Source of the DNA: Nitrospirota bacterium
GTDB lineage: Bacteria; Nitrospirota; UBA9217
Assembly (NCBI GenBank): GCA_963754875.1
Contig: CAVWHO010000013.1
Span: 96,001-160,000, forward strand
Reading direction: 5' to 3'
DNA length: 64,000 nucleotides
The notes beneath the pieces are model-generated. The model was given only the letters and a program-made list of their open reading frames with translations, ran no database searches and was not told the DNA's origin. The position numbers and the translations under genes are program-made. Positions 10,671 through 20,660 of this stretch are shown here, piece after piece (the first letter of the stretch is position 1; each line of letters starts with the position of its first letter).

Positions 10671-11105
10671 ATGCCGAAGACAATTCAACAGTCAGTAACG
10701 CTTGCTGCGCCTCCGGAAAAGCTATATGAAATGTACCTCAGCCCGAAGAAACATGCCGAGATTACCGGCGGCCCTGTTTCCATCAGCTCGAAGGAAGGGT
10801 CGAGGTTCCGGGCTTTCGATGGAATGCTCACGGGAAAAACCCTCATGGTCATCCCAAAGTATATGATCGTCCAGTCCTGGCGCGGCAGTCACTGGAAAAA
10901 GGAAGAGATCGACTCAATCCTGGTCCTCACGTTTTTACCCGAGGGTGAAAGCCAGGGAAGGATCGAGCTTGTCCACGCCAACGTGGCCGACAGCGATTAT
11001 GAGGGAGTTAAAGAAGGCTGGGAAAAGTATTATTGGAAACCCTGGCGAGAGTACCTTGCGAAAATCGAGAAGGAGTTTAAAAAACCCAGGGCAAAAGCTG
11101 CATAA
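10671..11105 (+). CDS. SRPBCC/AHSA1 (START-like) domain protein
   Basis: PPEKLYEMY, FRAFDG, IVQSWR, GWEKYYW; GGAG RBS. Confidence 0.85.
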   Translation: MPKTIQQSVTLAAPPEKLYEMYLSPKKHAEITGGPVSISSKEGSRFRAFDGMLTGKTLMVIPKYMIVQSWRGSHWKKEEIDSILVLTFLPEGESQGRIELVHANVADSDYEGVKEGWEKYYWKPWREYLAKIEKEFKKPRAKAA

Positions 11106-11276
11106 GACGCCTGAAGAACACATGTACCACCGGAAAGCTGCGAGGTGAAATAAAGGATTGAACGGTTCCTCCCTAGCTGAACGAGCCTTTATTCTCATCT
11201 GCGCACCTTTCCGGATATTTTTTATGCTCAGGTAATAACGACTTGAGGTGCTGAGAAAATGGTAAGAGGCAACGCC

Positions 11277-11480
11277 ATGATCGTGAAGGAATATTGCGAA
11301 AGTATGGATAAACAACTCGCTGCGTGGCGGGCAAATGTAGAGAAGCTGCTGCTGATAGCGGAAAATCTGTCGGGAAAGGACCGGCAGACCGATGAACGAC
11401 AGCGGAAGGAGCTTCAATCCCTCATAGCCGATATCGGGAAAGTATCTGACCTCTTGAAATACGAGTGTTTGCCAGCTTGA
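11277..11480 (+). CDS. Small helical hypothetical protein
   Basis: AGAGG RBS; coiled-coil-like sequence EYCESMDKQLAAWR...ECLPA. Confidence 0.6.
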   Translation: MIVKEYCESMDKQLAAWRANVEKLLLIAENLSGKDRQTDERQRKELQSLIADIGKVSDLLKYECLPA

Positions 11481-11637
11481 CGTAATGTACTTTTTTATGT
11501 TTTCCCGATTTTCCAAATTGAAACTTACCGACCTGCCGGATCATAGCAGTGCCCTTGACTTGCCTGCAGCAGCGTGATAATTATACACCATGATGTCAGG
11601 ACAAATGCCATCATCTATCATCAATAAGGGCTCTCTT

Positions 11638-12075
11638 ATGTCATTAAGCGGCATTATTGTCAGCCTTTTCCTCATCGGCTGTTCAGGAGTACGTCCGGCG
11701 AATCTCGGCGTCAAGGACGGACGCCTGGCGCCCTGTCCTCCGACGCCGAACTGCGTGTCCAGCCAGAGTACGGACAGGGATCATGAAATTGCACCGCTCT
11801 CTTATTCATCGTCCATGCCCGAAGCCATGGTTGACCTTAAAAAAATAATCCAACGGATGAAACGAACAAGAATTGTTTCGGAGACGGACAGCTATCTCTA
11901 CGTTGAGTTCACGAGCGCTCTGTGGAGGTTTGTCGATGACGTGGAGTTTTCTTTTGACGACGCTTCGAAAACCATCCAGGTGCGCTCCGCGTCCCGCTTG
12001 GGCAAGTCCGACTTTGGCGTGAACCGGAAACGGATCGAGATGATCAGGGCCGCATGGAACGCGCGCGGAAAATGA
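11638..12075 (+). CDS. DUF1499 lipoprotein
   Basis: Lipobox LIGC, CPPTPNCVSSQ, FVDDVEF, RSASRLGKSDFGVNRKR. Confidence 0.88.
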   Translation: MSLSGIIVSLFLIGCSGVRPANLGVKDGRLAPCPPTPNCVSSQSTDRDHEIAPLSYSSSMPEAMVDLKKIIQRMKRTRIVSETDSYLYVEFTSALWRFVDDVEFSFDDASKTIQVRSASRLGKSDFGVNRKRIEMIRAAWNARGK

Positions 12076-12078
12076 ACT

Positions 12079-12789
12079 ATGACGGAAAGTGATCTGGTGG
12101 AAAAGAAGCCGGCGTTATCTATCATCCTGCCTGTCTTGAACGAAGCCGAAGGGATCAACAACGCGATTGCCCATCTTCGTGCTCAGGTCGACGATGATGA
12201 GTTGGAAATCATCATCGTGGACGGCGATGCGGCAGGGAGCACGATAAAAGCCGTTCTTGACGAGAAGGTACTGAAGCTGACGACCTTACGAGGCCGTGCC
12301 CGCCAGATGAACGTCGGCGCAGCTAGAGCAAAGGGCGATATCCTCCTGTTTCTGCATGCCGACACCAGGCCCCCGTCAAACGCTCTTGCGTTAATCCGTT
12401 CAGCCCTGCACGGGAATCGCGCAGTCGCCGGTGCATTTGATCTCGGTTTCGACACAAAACGCAGGATCTTTATGATCACCGAGCTGTACGTTGCCCTCCG
12501 TACCCGCCTGACAAGGGTCCCCTTCGGGGACCAGGCCATTTTTATCCAACGCTCTTATTTCGAGAAGATCGGCGGATACCGGGATATCCCGCTCATGGAA
12601 GACGTGGAGCTGATGAAACGCATTCGGAAACGCGGCGATGCCGTTGTGACCATCCCGCAAAAGGTCCGGACCTCACCGCGCCGGTACGAACGGGACGGGG
12701 TCCTGTACTGCACGTTCAGGAATGTGGCAATGCAAATCCTCTATGCCTGGGGCGTGCCGCCCGAACGGCTTATAAAGTGGTATCGTTAG
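12079..12789 (+). CDS. GT2 glycosyltransferase, TIGR04283-like (rSAM/selenodomain- and arsenosugar-associated transferase 2)
   Basis: SIILPVLNE, GRARQMNVGA, LFLHADT, PFGDQAIF, PLMEDVEL, TSPRRY. Confidence 0.85.
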   Translation: MTESDLVEKKPALSIILPVLNEAEGINNAIAHLRAQVDDDELEIIIVDGDAAGSTIKAVLDEKVLKLTTLRGRARQMNVGAARAKGDILLFLHADTRPPSNALALIRSALHGNRAVAGAFDLGFDTKRRIFMITELYVALRTRLTRVPFGDQAIFIQRSYFEKIGGYRDIPLMEDVELMKRIRKRGDAVVTIPQKVRTSPRRYERDGVLYCTFRNVAMQILYAWGVPPERLIKWYR

Positions 12790-13047
12790 AGGCGAACGAT
12801 CTCGGCGGCTGCGAATTACGGCATCCTGCGGCACGTCCTCTTTCCCTTCTAACAAGGAATGTCTCCGGCATCTCAGCGTTCCTTCCCTCAAAAAGTACTA
12901 CAGAAAATCTTGATAATATGTTATATATATTTGTCCGGCCGTAAACCACCAAGACCGATGTGTAGCGATATTTAATTGTACTCAGAATTTTACGCGCAGA
13001 GATTTGCCGGGAAACCTGAGAACTGCAAGGGATAATAACCTTTCAAG

Positions 13048-13978
13048 ATGACGGCGTCCTCACCTACGGAAAATCAGAGACCGACAGATACCGTGTTGGA
13101 TCTGATCGGCAACACACCATTGCTTCCCTTGACAAAACTGGCAGCCGGTCTGAAACCGCGCGTGCGGGTCTTTGCCAAGGTGGAGCGGCATAATCCCGGC
13201 GGGTCGGTGAAAGACCGCGCGGCCTTCAGCATGATACGGGATGCCGAAAATGCGGGGCTTCTGTCTCACGACAAGATCATCCTTGATTCCTCCTCGGGCA
13301 ACACCGGCATCGCCTATTCGATGATCGGGGCGGTCAAAGGATATAGGGTAAAGATCGTGCTCCCCGAGAACGCCAGCGTCGAGCGGAAGAAGATCATGGC
13401 CGCATTCGGCGCCGAACTCGTTTTCTCCAGCCCTTTCGAGGGCGCGGACGGCGCCATCCGTCTGGCCAAAAAAATATTGAGCGAAGACCCGGAACGCTAT
13501 TACCAGCCGGACCAGTACAACAACCCCTCCAACTGGAAGGCCCACTATCAAACAACCGGGCCTGAGATCATCGCCCAGACGCAAGGAAGGGTCACGCACT
13601 TCGTGGCCTGCGTCGGCACCGGCGGGACCGTCATGGGCACGGGGCGGGCGCTCAAGGAGCAGGACCCCTCCATCCGCGTCATTTCCGTACATCCCGACGA
13701 TGAGATGCACGGCATCGAAGGCATGAAGTATCTCGGGGAAGGCGCGATCGTACCGGGGATCTTCGACATGAGCTTTCCCGATGAGCGGCTGTTCGTGAGC
13801 ACCGAGTCCGCCTATGACCTGGCCAAAAGGATCGCCCGGGAAGAAGGCATGTTCGTGGGCCACTCAAGCGGGGCCGCACTTGCAGCAGCGTTCGCGATAG
13901 CCGAAAACCTCGAAGAAAGGGACCATTGTGGCAATGTTCCCAGATAGCGGGGACCGCTATTTGAGCAGGGAGATCTGA
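13048..13978 (+). CDS. cysM: PLP-dependent cysteine synthase (CysM-like); frameshift near 13917
   Basis: IGNTPL, NPGGSVKDRA, SSGNTG, GTGGT; corrected C-terminus TIVAMFPDSGDRYLSREI. Confidence 0.88.
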
Positions 13979-13981
13979 TCC

Positions 13982-14431
13982 ATGCGTTTTTTCCCACAAA
14001 GCGTCGTTGCCGTGTATAAGCAGGCTATAGCCGAATACCCGGCTGAATGCTGCGGTCTCGTGACCGGCAGGGCAGAGGTCCAGCACGTCCATCCTCTCGT
14101 GAATATCCAGGAGCGCCTGCACGCCGAAGACCCTGAAACGCACCCCCGGGACAGCAGGAACGCCTATGCAGTAGACAGGAACGAGGTGGAACGGATCATC
14201 AGCGAGTCTGCGCGTGCCGACGAGGCCGTCCTCGCCTTTTACCACTCCCACATTGATTGTGATGCGTATTTTTCCCAGATGGACAAGGAGGTCCAGACGG
14301 TCTTCGGCGAACCGGAGTTCCCGGATGCGGTGCATGTCGTTGTTTCGGTACGGGAAGGGAAAATCCACGAGATCAAAGGGTATCTTTGGGACGGCACTAA
14401 ACAGGATTTTATCGACGTAGAAGTGGTGTAA
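13982..14431 (+). CDS. JAB/Mov34 (M67) metallopeptidase, Mec-like
   Basis: YPAECCG and FYHSH-x7-S-x2-D JAMM motif; adjacent to cysM. Confidence 0.85.
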   Translation: MRFFPQSVVAVYKQAIAEYPAECCGLVTGRAEVQHVHPLVNIQERLHAEDPETHPRDSRNAYAVDRNEVERIISESARADEAVLAFYHSHIDCDAYFSQMDKEVQTVFGEPEFPDAVHVVVSVREGKIHEIKGYLWDGTKQDFIDVEVV

Positions 14432-14510
14432 TAGGAAAAAGGCCCAAAATATCTGCATTTGTGAAATCAAGGAACTCGTTGCTCCATCAGGCACTGACAA
14501 GGACAGGAAC

Positions 14511-14972
14511 ATGGACTTATCCCGTGTTACCGCATATCTTCACGAACACATTCCTATAACGGCCCATATAGGGGCAAAGGTAGACGCCTATGACGGCAAC
14601 TCAATTTCTCTTTCCGCCCCCCTCCGTCCGAACTTAAACCACAGAAATACGGTGTTTGGCGGCAGCATGTCCGTGCTTGCCATCCTGTCCGGGTGGACCC
14701 TGCTGCATATCAAACTGCACGAAGAGAAAACCAAATGCCGGCTGGTGATCCAGAAAACATCCTGCAATTTTCTCGAACCGATCGATGACGATTTTACCTC
14801 GACCAGTTCCATGCCCGAGGGAGACGTCTGGGAAAAATTCGTCCGGACATTAAAAAAACACGGCAAGGCGCGCATCGCCGTTTCGTCCCGCATTGCAAGC
14901 TCTTCCGGCACGGGTGGAACCCACGAAGGGCTCTATGTGGCAATCATCTTAAAAGAGCACGAGTCCGCCTGA
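14511..14972 (+). CDS. YiiD C-terminal-like thioesterase (hotdog fold)
   Basis: HEHIP, APLRPNLNHRNTVFGGS, LSGW. Confidence 0.85.
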   Translation: MDLSRVTAYLHEHIPITAHIGAKVDAYDGNSISLSAPLRPNLNHRNTVFGGSMSVLAILSGWTLLHIKLHEEKTKCRLVIQKTSCNFLEPIDDDFTSTSSMPEGDVWEKFVRTLKKHGKARIAVSSRIASSSGTGGTHEGLYVAIILKEHESA

Positions 14973-15149
14973 CGACCTCTTCTTCCGGAGGGGGGATCGC
15001 CGATGTCAGAATTCAGGACCTGCGCTATACTGAGACGACCCATTTATGGTATCCTTTATATATTCGATGTAGTCGATCGAGCTCTTTCGAAGGGTACATG
15101 ATCTCTGTACGTGGCAGCAGGGACGCATTCTCCTGTGGGTGTCTTTACC

Positions 15150-16109
15150 GTGGATGAAGTTATACCGTTTCTGATACAGCACGGCTACCCCGTGCTTTTT
15201 CTGTGGGTCCTGACCGAAACAATGGGGCTTCCGATACCTAGTGTTCCCCTCCTCATAACTATGGGTGCCTTGGCCGGTGTCGGACAGCGGAACGTGTTCC
15301 TCTGCATCGGCTTGGGGGGCTGCGCCGCATTGCTGGGCGATATCTTTTGGTACACCGTCGGCCGCCGCCGCGGAAGGAAGGTGTTGTCACTCATATGCCG
15401 TATTTCGTTCGAACCGGAGTCCTGTGTCCGCCGCACCGAAAATATCTTTGCACGGTATGGCTCCCGGTCCTTCCTTGTCACGAAATTTGTTCCCGGGCTG
15501 AATGCTATCGCTACGTCGATGGCGGGCATCATCCGCCTGCCCCTGTCGAGATTCTTTATCTTCGACATTCCGGGAACGCTTTTTTGGGTCAGCGTATATA
15601 CTCTCATCGGCTATCTTATCAGCGAAGAACTTGATCGCGCCTTGTCTTATGGCGCGGGCATTGGCAAAACATTACTCCTGCTCGTGTCCGGCGGGTTGTC
15701 CGTCTATGTCCTTGGAAAATTCTTTTCACGGCAACGCCTGTTAAAACAGCTCGCCATCGAGCACATTACCCCGGAAGAGCTGAAACAGAAAATAGATGCC
15801 GGTGAACATATCGTGATTGTCGATGTGCGCCACCCTTCGGACATTGAAGGTGACCCCTATGGCATCCCCGGCGCCATCCGCATCCCCACTGACGCGGCTG
15901 AGCATCATCCTGCTTTCTCAGAAAACGGCGAAATAGTGGCCTATTGCACCTGTCCAAATGAGGCCTCCAGCGCCCGTGCGGCGCTGAACTTACGACAGCG
16001 AGGTGTGAAGCGCGTACGGCCGTTGTCGGGCGGCTTTGACGCCTGGCGCGACCGGGGCTATCCCGTAGAACTCGTGATCAATCCAAAATCGCCGAAAGAA
16101 CCGGGTTGA
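15150..16109 (+). CDS. DedA(VTT)-rhodanese fusion protein
   Basis: GLPIP, GDIFWY, KFVPG DedA motifs; DVR..IPGAI, YCTCPNE, LSGGFDAW rhodanese motifs. Confidence 0.88.
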   Translation: MDEVIPFLIQHGYPVLFLWVLTETMGLPIPSVPLLITMGALAGVGQRNVFLCIGLGGCAALLGDIFWYTVGRRRGRKVLSLICRISFEPESCVRRTENIFARYGSRSFLVTKFVPGLNAIATSMAGIIRLPLSRFFIFDIPGTLFWVSVYTLIGYLISEELDRALSYGAGIGKTLLLLVSGGLSVYVLGKFFSRQRLLKQLAIEHITPEELKQKIDAGEHIVIVDVRHPSDIEGDPYGIPGAIRIPTDAAEHHPAFSENGEIVAYCTCPNEASSARAALNLRQRGVKRVRPLSGGFDAWRDRGYPVELVINPKSPKEPG

Positions 16110-16243
16110 AATCTTCCCAACAAAATGAAAAAGCGATTAGCGGCGCACAGTCAGATACCTCCTGTACGTAGGGATGTTCGCTGATGGACGAAATGCCCGC
16201 TTTAACGGGACAGGCCGTGTTCCTACTACAGAGGCAGTAACAA

Positions 16244-16516
16244 ATGCCGGATTACGGTACCCATAGCTATGGTAATATCAGCAAAACAAGAGTCGATACA
16301 ATACTCGATGCCCTGATCGCTCGTGGGTCTCTTATTACCGGTAAGAACCCGTGGCTCGTCGACACAAAAAAGCACGGCGTACTGTTAAAAGGCGAGTGGA
16401 GCGAGGCAACGCTGACCCTCGCCATAACGGTGACGGACGCTGACTGGTACGTTACGCGCAGTGCCGTCTGGGAATATATTGATTCATTGATGAGCGGGAT
16501 CCAGGATGCGGGATGA
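16244..16516 (+). CDS. Hypothetical protein
   Basis: 90-aa ORF with GAGG RBS, same strand as its neighbours. Confidence 0.6.
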   Translation: MPDYGTHSYGNISKTRVDTILDALIARGSLITGKNPWLVDTKKHGVLLKGEWSEATLTLAITVTDADWYVTRSAVWEYIDSLMSGIQDAG

Positions 16517-16609
16517 ACTAACGTCTCCTCTGCAACGGACAGTCGGGAAGAACAATCGAATGCCAATCTCACCGTTCAGAGGCGACTTCGAAGACATTAG
16601 GCAGCGGGA

Positions 16610-17338
16610 ATGACAAGAAGCTTGCTCCGTCCGATACCGAAATTGACCGTTGTTCTCCTTTTCCTGCTGATTGTTCCCATAGTCCAGGGGCAAGAAAAGA
16701 CAGTTTTCTTCCATGAAGACTTTGCTTCCCTCGACAAATGGAGGCCCTATTATTTCAGCAGGATAGCTCAGCACTCGCTCTATACCATCGAGCGCGATGG
16801 AGGTCACCATTATCTCCGGGCCGAAAGCAATGCGTCAGCCTCGGCCATCGTGTATCAAGATGCTTTCAGCGTTTACGATTATCCCAGAATCAGATGGCGT
16901 TGGAAAGTCAGTAACGTTTATCAAAAAGGCGACGTGCTTACCAAGGCCGGTGACGATTACCCTATCCGCGTATATATCCTGTTCGAGTACGACCCGGACA
17001 AGGCCGGGACTTTTGAAAAAATGAAATACGGGCTCATGAAAAAGATCTACGGAGAATATCCGCCGCACAGCAGTCTTAATTATGTCTGGGCGAACAAGGC
17101 CTATGACCGGACCATTGTTACGAGTCCCTACACCGAACGGTCGAAGATGGTCCTCTTGCAAAAGGGAAACAGGGATGTCGGTACCTGGCAGGATGAGCAG
17201 GTGAATATCGTCGAGGATTATCAGAAGGCATTCGGCAGGAAACCGCCTCCCAGGGCGAAGATCGCGATTATGAACGATTCAGACAATACCGGCGAACATT
17301 CGGTTTCTTACGTGGCATATATCGAGGTGTTTCGATAG
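16610..17338 (+). CDS. DUF3047 exported protein
   Basis: Signal peptide; WRWKV, GDDYPIRVY, LNYVW, AIMNDSDNTG. Confidence 0.85.
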   Translation: MTRSLLRPIPKLTVVLLFLLIVPIVQGQEKTVFFHEDFASLDKWRPYYFSRIAQHSLYTIERDGGHHYLRAESNASASAIVYQDAFSVYDYPRIRWRWKVSNVYQKGDVLTKAGDDYPIRVYILFEYDPDKAGTFEKMKYGLMKKIYGEYPPHSSLNYVWANKAYDRTIVTSPYTERSKMVLLQKGNRDVGTWQDEQVNIVEDYQKAFGRKPPPRAKIAIMNDSDNTGEHSVSYVAYIEVFR

Positions 17339-17343
17339 CAGAT

Positions 17344-18025
17344 ATGGCTGATAATCGGTGTGTTATCCTTTTTGTGAAGTTTCCGGAGCCAGGCAAAGTG
17401 AAGTCCCGTCTCGCTCGGGAGATGGACGGCGATATCGTCAAGCGCCTCTATGAGTGTATGGTCCTGGATGCGATCGATACGCTCAAACAGGCGGCGACTC
17501 CGTTCCGCATCTGTTTTGACCCGCCTGAAGCTCAAGAACGTATGCAGCAGTGGCTCGGGCAGGCTTATTCGTATATGCCGCAGATTGGCGAGGACCTTGG
17601 AGAGCGGATGGAACAGGCATTCATCCGCGTATTTTCGGAAGGAGTGGACGAGGCCCTCCTCATCGGGAGCGATATTCCTGAATTGACGGCTGCCATGATC
17701 GACGATGCCTTTCGAGACCTTGCGACCCATGATGCCGTCATCGGGCCTGCAAACGACGGCGGTTATTACTTGGTCGGGTTTAAGAAGGGCACCTTGCGCC
17801 GCCGAGATTTTTAAAAGCATGGCGTGGAGTACGAAGACGGTATTTCGAGAAACCCTCGGGAGATTGCGGAAGTCATCGCTCACCGTGTGCCTACTGCCGG
17901 TACTCACGGATATCGATACGCCAGGGGATGTGGAAGCCTTTCTGGCCCATGCGAAGAATTCAGAATCGAGGTCATCGAGGACCCATGCGTTTCTCAGAGA
18001 GCTTTGGCACGGCATCGCTAAATAG
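17344..18025 (+). CDS. DUF2064/TIGR04282-like transferase 1; frameshift near 17800
   Basis: FVKFPEPGKVKSRLA, QIGEDLGERM, IGSDIP, GPANDGGYYLVG, then WST...DIDTPGD. Confidence 0.85.
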
Positions 18026-18106
18026 CTCATACAGCCCACTGTGCAGGGAGACCGTTCTGTTTCAACCCGGCTTGCAAACCGTCAGCAACTGTGGCACACT
18101 TTAATC

Positions 18107-18787
18107 ATGAGTAAACAGAAACAACGGATCATCCTGCTCGTGCTTTTTATCACCGCGATCATCCTCATCCGGTACTCGCCGTTCGGCGCGCTGTTTACCT
18201 TTGAGAATCTGAAGCAACACCGTGACTCCTTTTCACTCGACGTCCAGGGCCATTATTGGCTGTCTGTCGGCTGTTTTATCTCCCTCTACGTTCTCGTCAC
18301 CTCTCTGTCCCTGCCGGGCGCTGCAGTCCTGACCCTTGCGGGCGGATTTCTCTTCGGTACGCTTGCAGGCACAGTGTACGTGAACGTCGGCGCAACGACC
18401 GGAGCGTCCTTTGCATTTCTTTCTGCCCGTTATCTTTTGGGGAAGGGGCTGCAGGAAAGGTATCAGAGCCAGCTCAGTAAATTCAACGGCGAGATCGAGC
18501 GAAGCGGGACGAGCTATTTGCTGACGCTTCGCTTTATTCCGGTGTTTCCTTTTTTTCTCATTAATTTTCTTTCGGGTCTCACGACGATACCGCTCCGGAC
18601 GTTTATCTGGACCACGTCCCTCGGCATTATCCCGGGTACGGTCGTGTATGCCTTTGCAGGACAACAGATCGGTTCGCTCAATTCGCTATCGGAGATCCTG
18701 TCCAAAAAGGTGATCATTGCCTTTGTTGTGCTCGCGCTTTTTGCTCTGGTCCCGGCCATAGTGAATCGCACTAAAGAGACAGAATAA
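18107..18787 (+). CDS. TVP38/TMEM64 (SNARE-associated) membrane protein
   Basis: LPGAAVLTLAGGFLFG, LRFIPVFPFFLIN, GIIPGT. Confidence 0.9.
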   Translation: MSKQKQRIILLVLFITAIILIRYSPFGALFTFENLKQHRDSFSLDVQGHYWLSVGCFISLYVLVTSLSLPGAAVLTLAGGFLFGTLAGTVYVNVGATTGASFAFLSARYLLGKGLQERYQSQLSKFNGEIERSGTSYLLTLRFIPVFPFFLINFLSGLTTIPLRTFIWTTSLGIIPGTVVYAFAGQQIGSLNSLSEILSKKVIIAFVVLALFALVPAIVNRTKETE

Positions 18788-18823
18788 AGAGTAATTTTAT
18801 TGAGGGAGGGGGAGGCAGGGCCT

Positions 18824-19459
18824 ATGGACACCAAAAAGCAGGTTACGGAAATTTTGAAACGGCTCGAAAAGGAGTACGCCGGTACGCCGCAGACAGCGCT
18901 GAATTTTTCGACGCCCTTCGAGCTCCTCGCAGCAACCATTCTTTCAGCGCAGACCACGGACGCGCAGGTAAATAAGGTGACCGCGAACCTGTTCAAGAAA
19001 TACCGCACCATCGCCGATTTCGCGAACACGACGCCGGAAAAACTGGCACAGGACGTATCTTCGGTCAACTTCTACAAAAATAAGGCAAAGAACATCAATA
19101 ATGCAGCGAAGATGGTCCTCGCGGAATTCGGCGGCACGGTCCCCCGGACCATGGAGGAACTGGTAAACCTGCCCGGCGTTGCGCGGAAAACTGCGAATAT
19201 CGTATTGTCCATCGCCTACGGCATCAATCAGGGCATCGCCGTTGACACCCACGTGAAGCGGCTTTCCCAGCGTCTCGGCTTGACGAAGTACGATGACCCG
19301 GTAAAGATCGAGAACGACCTCATAGCCGCAACTCCGCAGAAAGACTGGGGGAACCTCTCTCATGCGCTGATCTTCCACGGTAGAAAGATCTGCCAGGCCA
19401 AGAAGCCAAACCATGGCGAATGCGTTCTGTATGACATCTGCCCCTCCAAGAACATCTGA
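18824..19459 (+). CDS. nth: Endonuclease III
   Basis: LSAQTTD, HhH motif LPGVARKTAN, VDTHV, HGRKIC; Fe-S motif variant C-x6-H-x2-C-x5-C. Confidence 0.93.
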   Translation: MDTKKQVTEILKRLEKEYAGTPQTALNFSTPFELLAATILSAQTTDAQVNKVTANLFKKYRTIADFANTTPEKLAQDVSSVNFYKNKAKNINNAAKMVLAEFGGTVPRTMEELVNLPGVARKTANIVLSIAYGINQGIAVDTHVKRLSQRLGLTKYDDPVKIENDLIAATPQKDWGNLSHALIFHGRKICQAKKPNHGECVLYDICPSKNI

Positions 19460-19569
19460 ACCCGTCCGAATAAAATCCGTTGTTTTCCGGTTTCACTCCA
19501 TGTTACAATAAATTGCTGTTGATCCGATATCCCGCCTAAGCCGTTCTTCCGCGGAGAGGAATTGACTGC

Positions 19570-20523
19570 ATGAAGAAGATATTTACCCAAACCCTGTTTT
19601 TGACTGCCTTGGCCGCGTTCGTGCTTCTGCTTGGGAACAGGCTGCGAGATGAAAAACGTGGTTGCCTCCGGCATGACCAACAGCTTGGCAAGCGGCATGA
19701 CGAGCAGCACTGCCTCCAACGCTGTCAGCAAGACAACCACCAGCACTGCAAACGAAGCGACAGGCAGCCGTTTGAAAAGCCGCCTCAGCAGCAGCACAAC
19801 GAACAGCCTTTCCTCCTCCGTGACGGGCAGCCGTTTAAAAAGCCGCCTCACCAGCAGCATGACGAACAGCCTTTCCTCCTCCGCGACGGGCAGCTGCTTA
19901 AAAAGACGCCTCACCAGCTGCGCAACAGGCACGCAGGTCGTTCTCTCCCCTTATGCCGAGGAAATCTGCAGGACCATAAAATTCGACCGACAAGTCCTCG
20001 TTATCGTGAAAGAGATGACCCATGACCGCATCGGGCGGCTTGTCGGCTTCGATGAAAATGGATACCAGATCATTGCCCCCGGGATCGTTGTTTCCGTGCC
20101 GGAGGACAAGACGAGACAGCATTCTTGAAAGCGCTCCGCCACAGGTTGCAGCCTCTTCACTATATGGCATTTGTCGTGGAGATGAACGACGCAATCAAGG
20201 TCGACAAGATCGGCGTTATGAAAGGTACCGACCAGTACGAGATCCTTCGCATCATGCACACGGACGGAGATGATTACGACATATCCAACCAGGACGTGAT
20301 TGACTGGCTGAAGGAGTTGGAGAGAAAGGCGCCTTTCGAGATTATCGGTGCGGACAGCGACTGGGTCGAGATCGAGTTTAAAACACTGCCGAAGGACCTG
20401 AAAGCATTTGCCGAGGAAGTGTATGATTTTTGTCCTGATGCTGTTGACCAGGGCCCGGGTTCAGTCGAGGATCTCGTCAAGGAGATCAGAAAAACGAATC
20501 GTCTCTTCCTGTGGTGGGATTAG
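19570..20523 (+). CDS. Lipoprotein with Ser/Thr-rich repeats and C-terminal DUF4253 (two frameshifts)
   Basis: Signal MKKIF...LLLG(TG)C, a repeat region, then EEVYDFCPDAVDQG...LFLWWD. Confidence 0.7.
19759..19926 (+). repeat. 63-bp tandem repeat, about 2.7 copies (TGSRLKSRLxSSxTNSLSSSx)
   Basis: Units start at 19759, 19822 and 19885. Confidence 0.9.
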
Positions 20524-20565
20524 CGTCCGTTGAGTGATCGAGCGGGATTTCACGGAATTGTGCAT

Positions 20566-20596
20566 AAAAAAAGCAGGCGGGATTCCGCCTGCTTTA
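20566..20596. terminator. Bidirectional intrinsic terminator
   Basis: AAAAAAAGCAGGCGG-GATT-CCGCCTGCTTT between convergent genes. Confidence 0.85.
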
Positions 20597-20660
20597 AAAC
20601 AGTTGCATCCAAGATAACATGTTTTCCCGCTGAGAATAATAAAATAGCGGTATAGTGAAA

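Noticed and set aside
15939..15960. DedA-rhodanese and ArsC as further selenoproteins
   Set aside because: Their active-site codons are TGC/TGT, with no in-frame TGA.
19759..19926. Tandem repeat as a CRISPR array
   Set aside because: The 63-bp units are contiguous, in frame and have no unique spacers; no cas genes are present.
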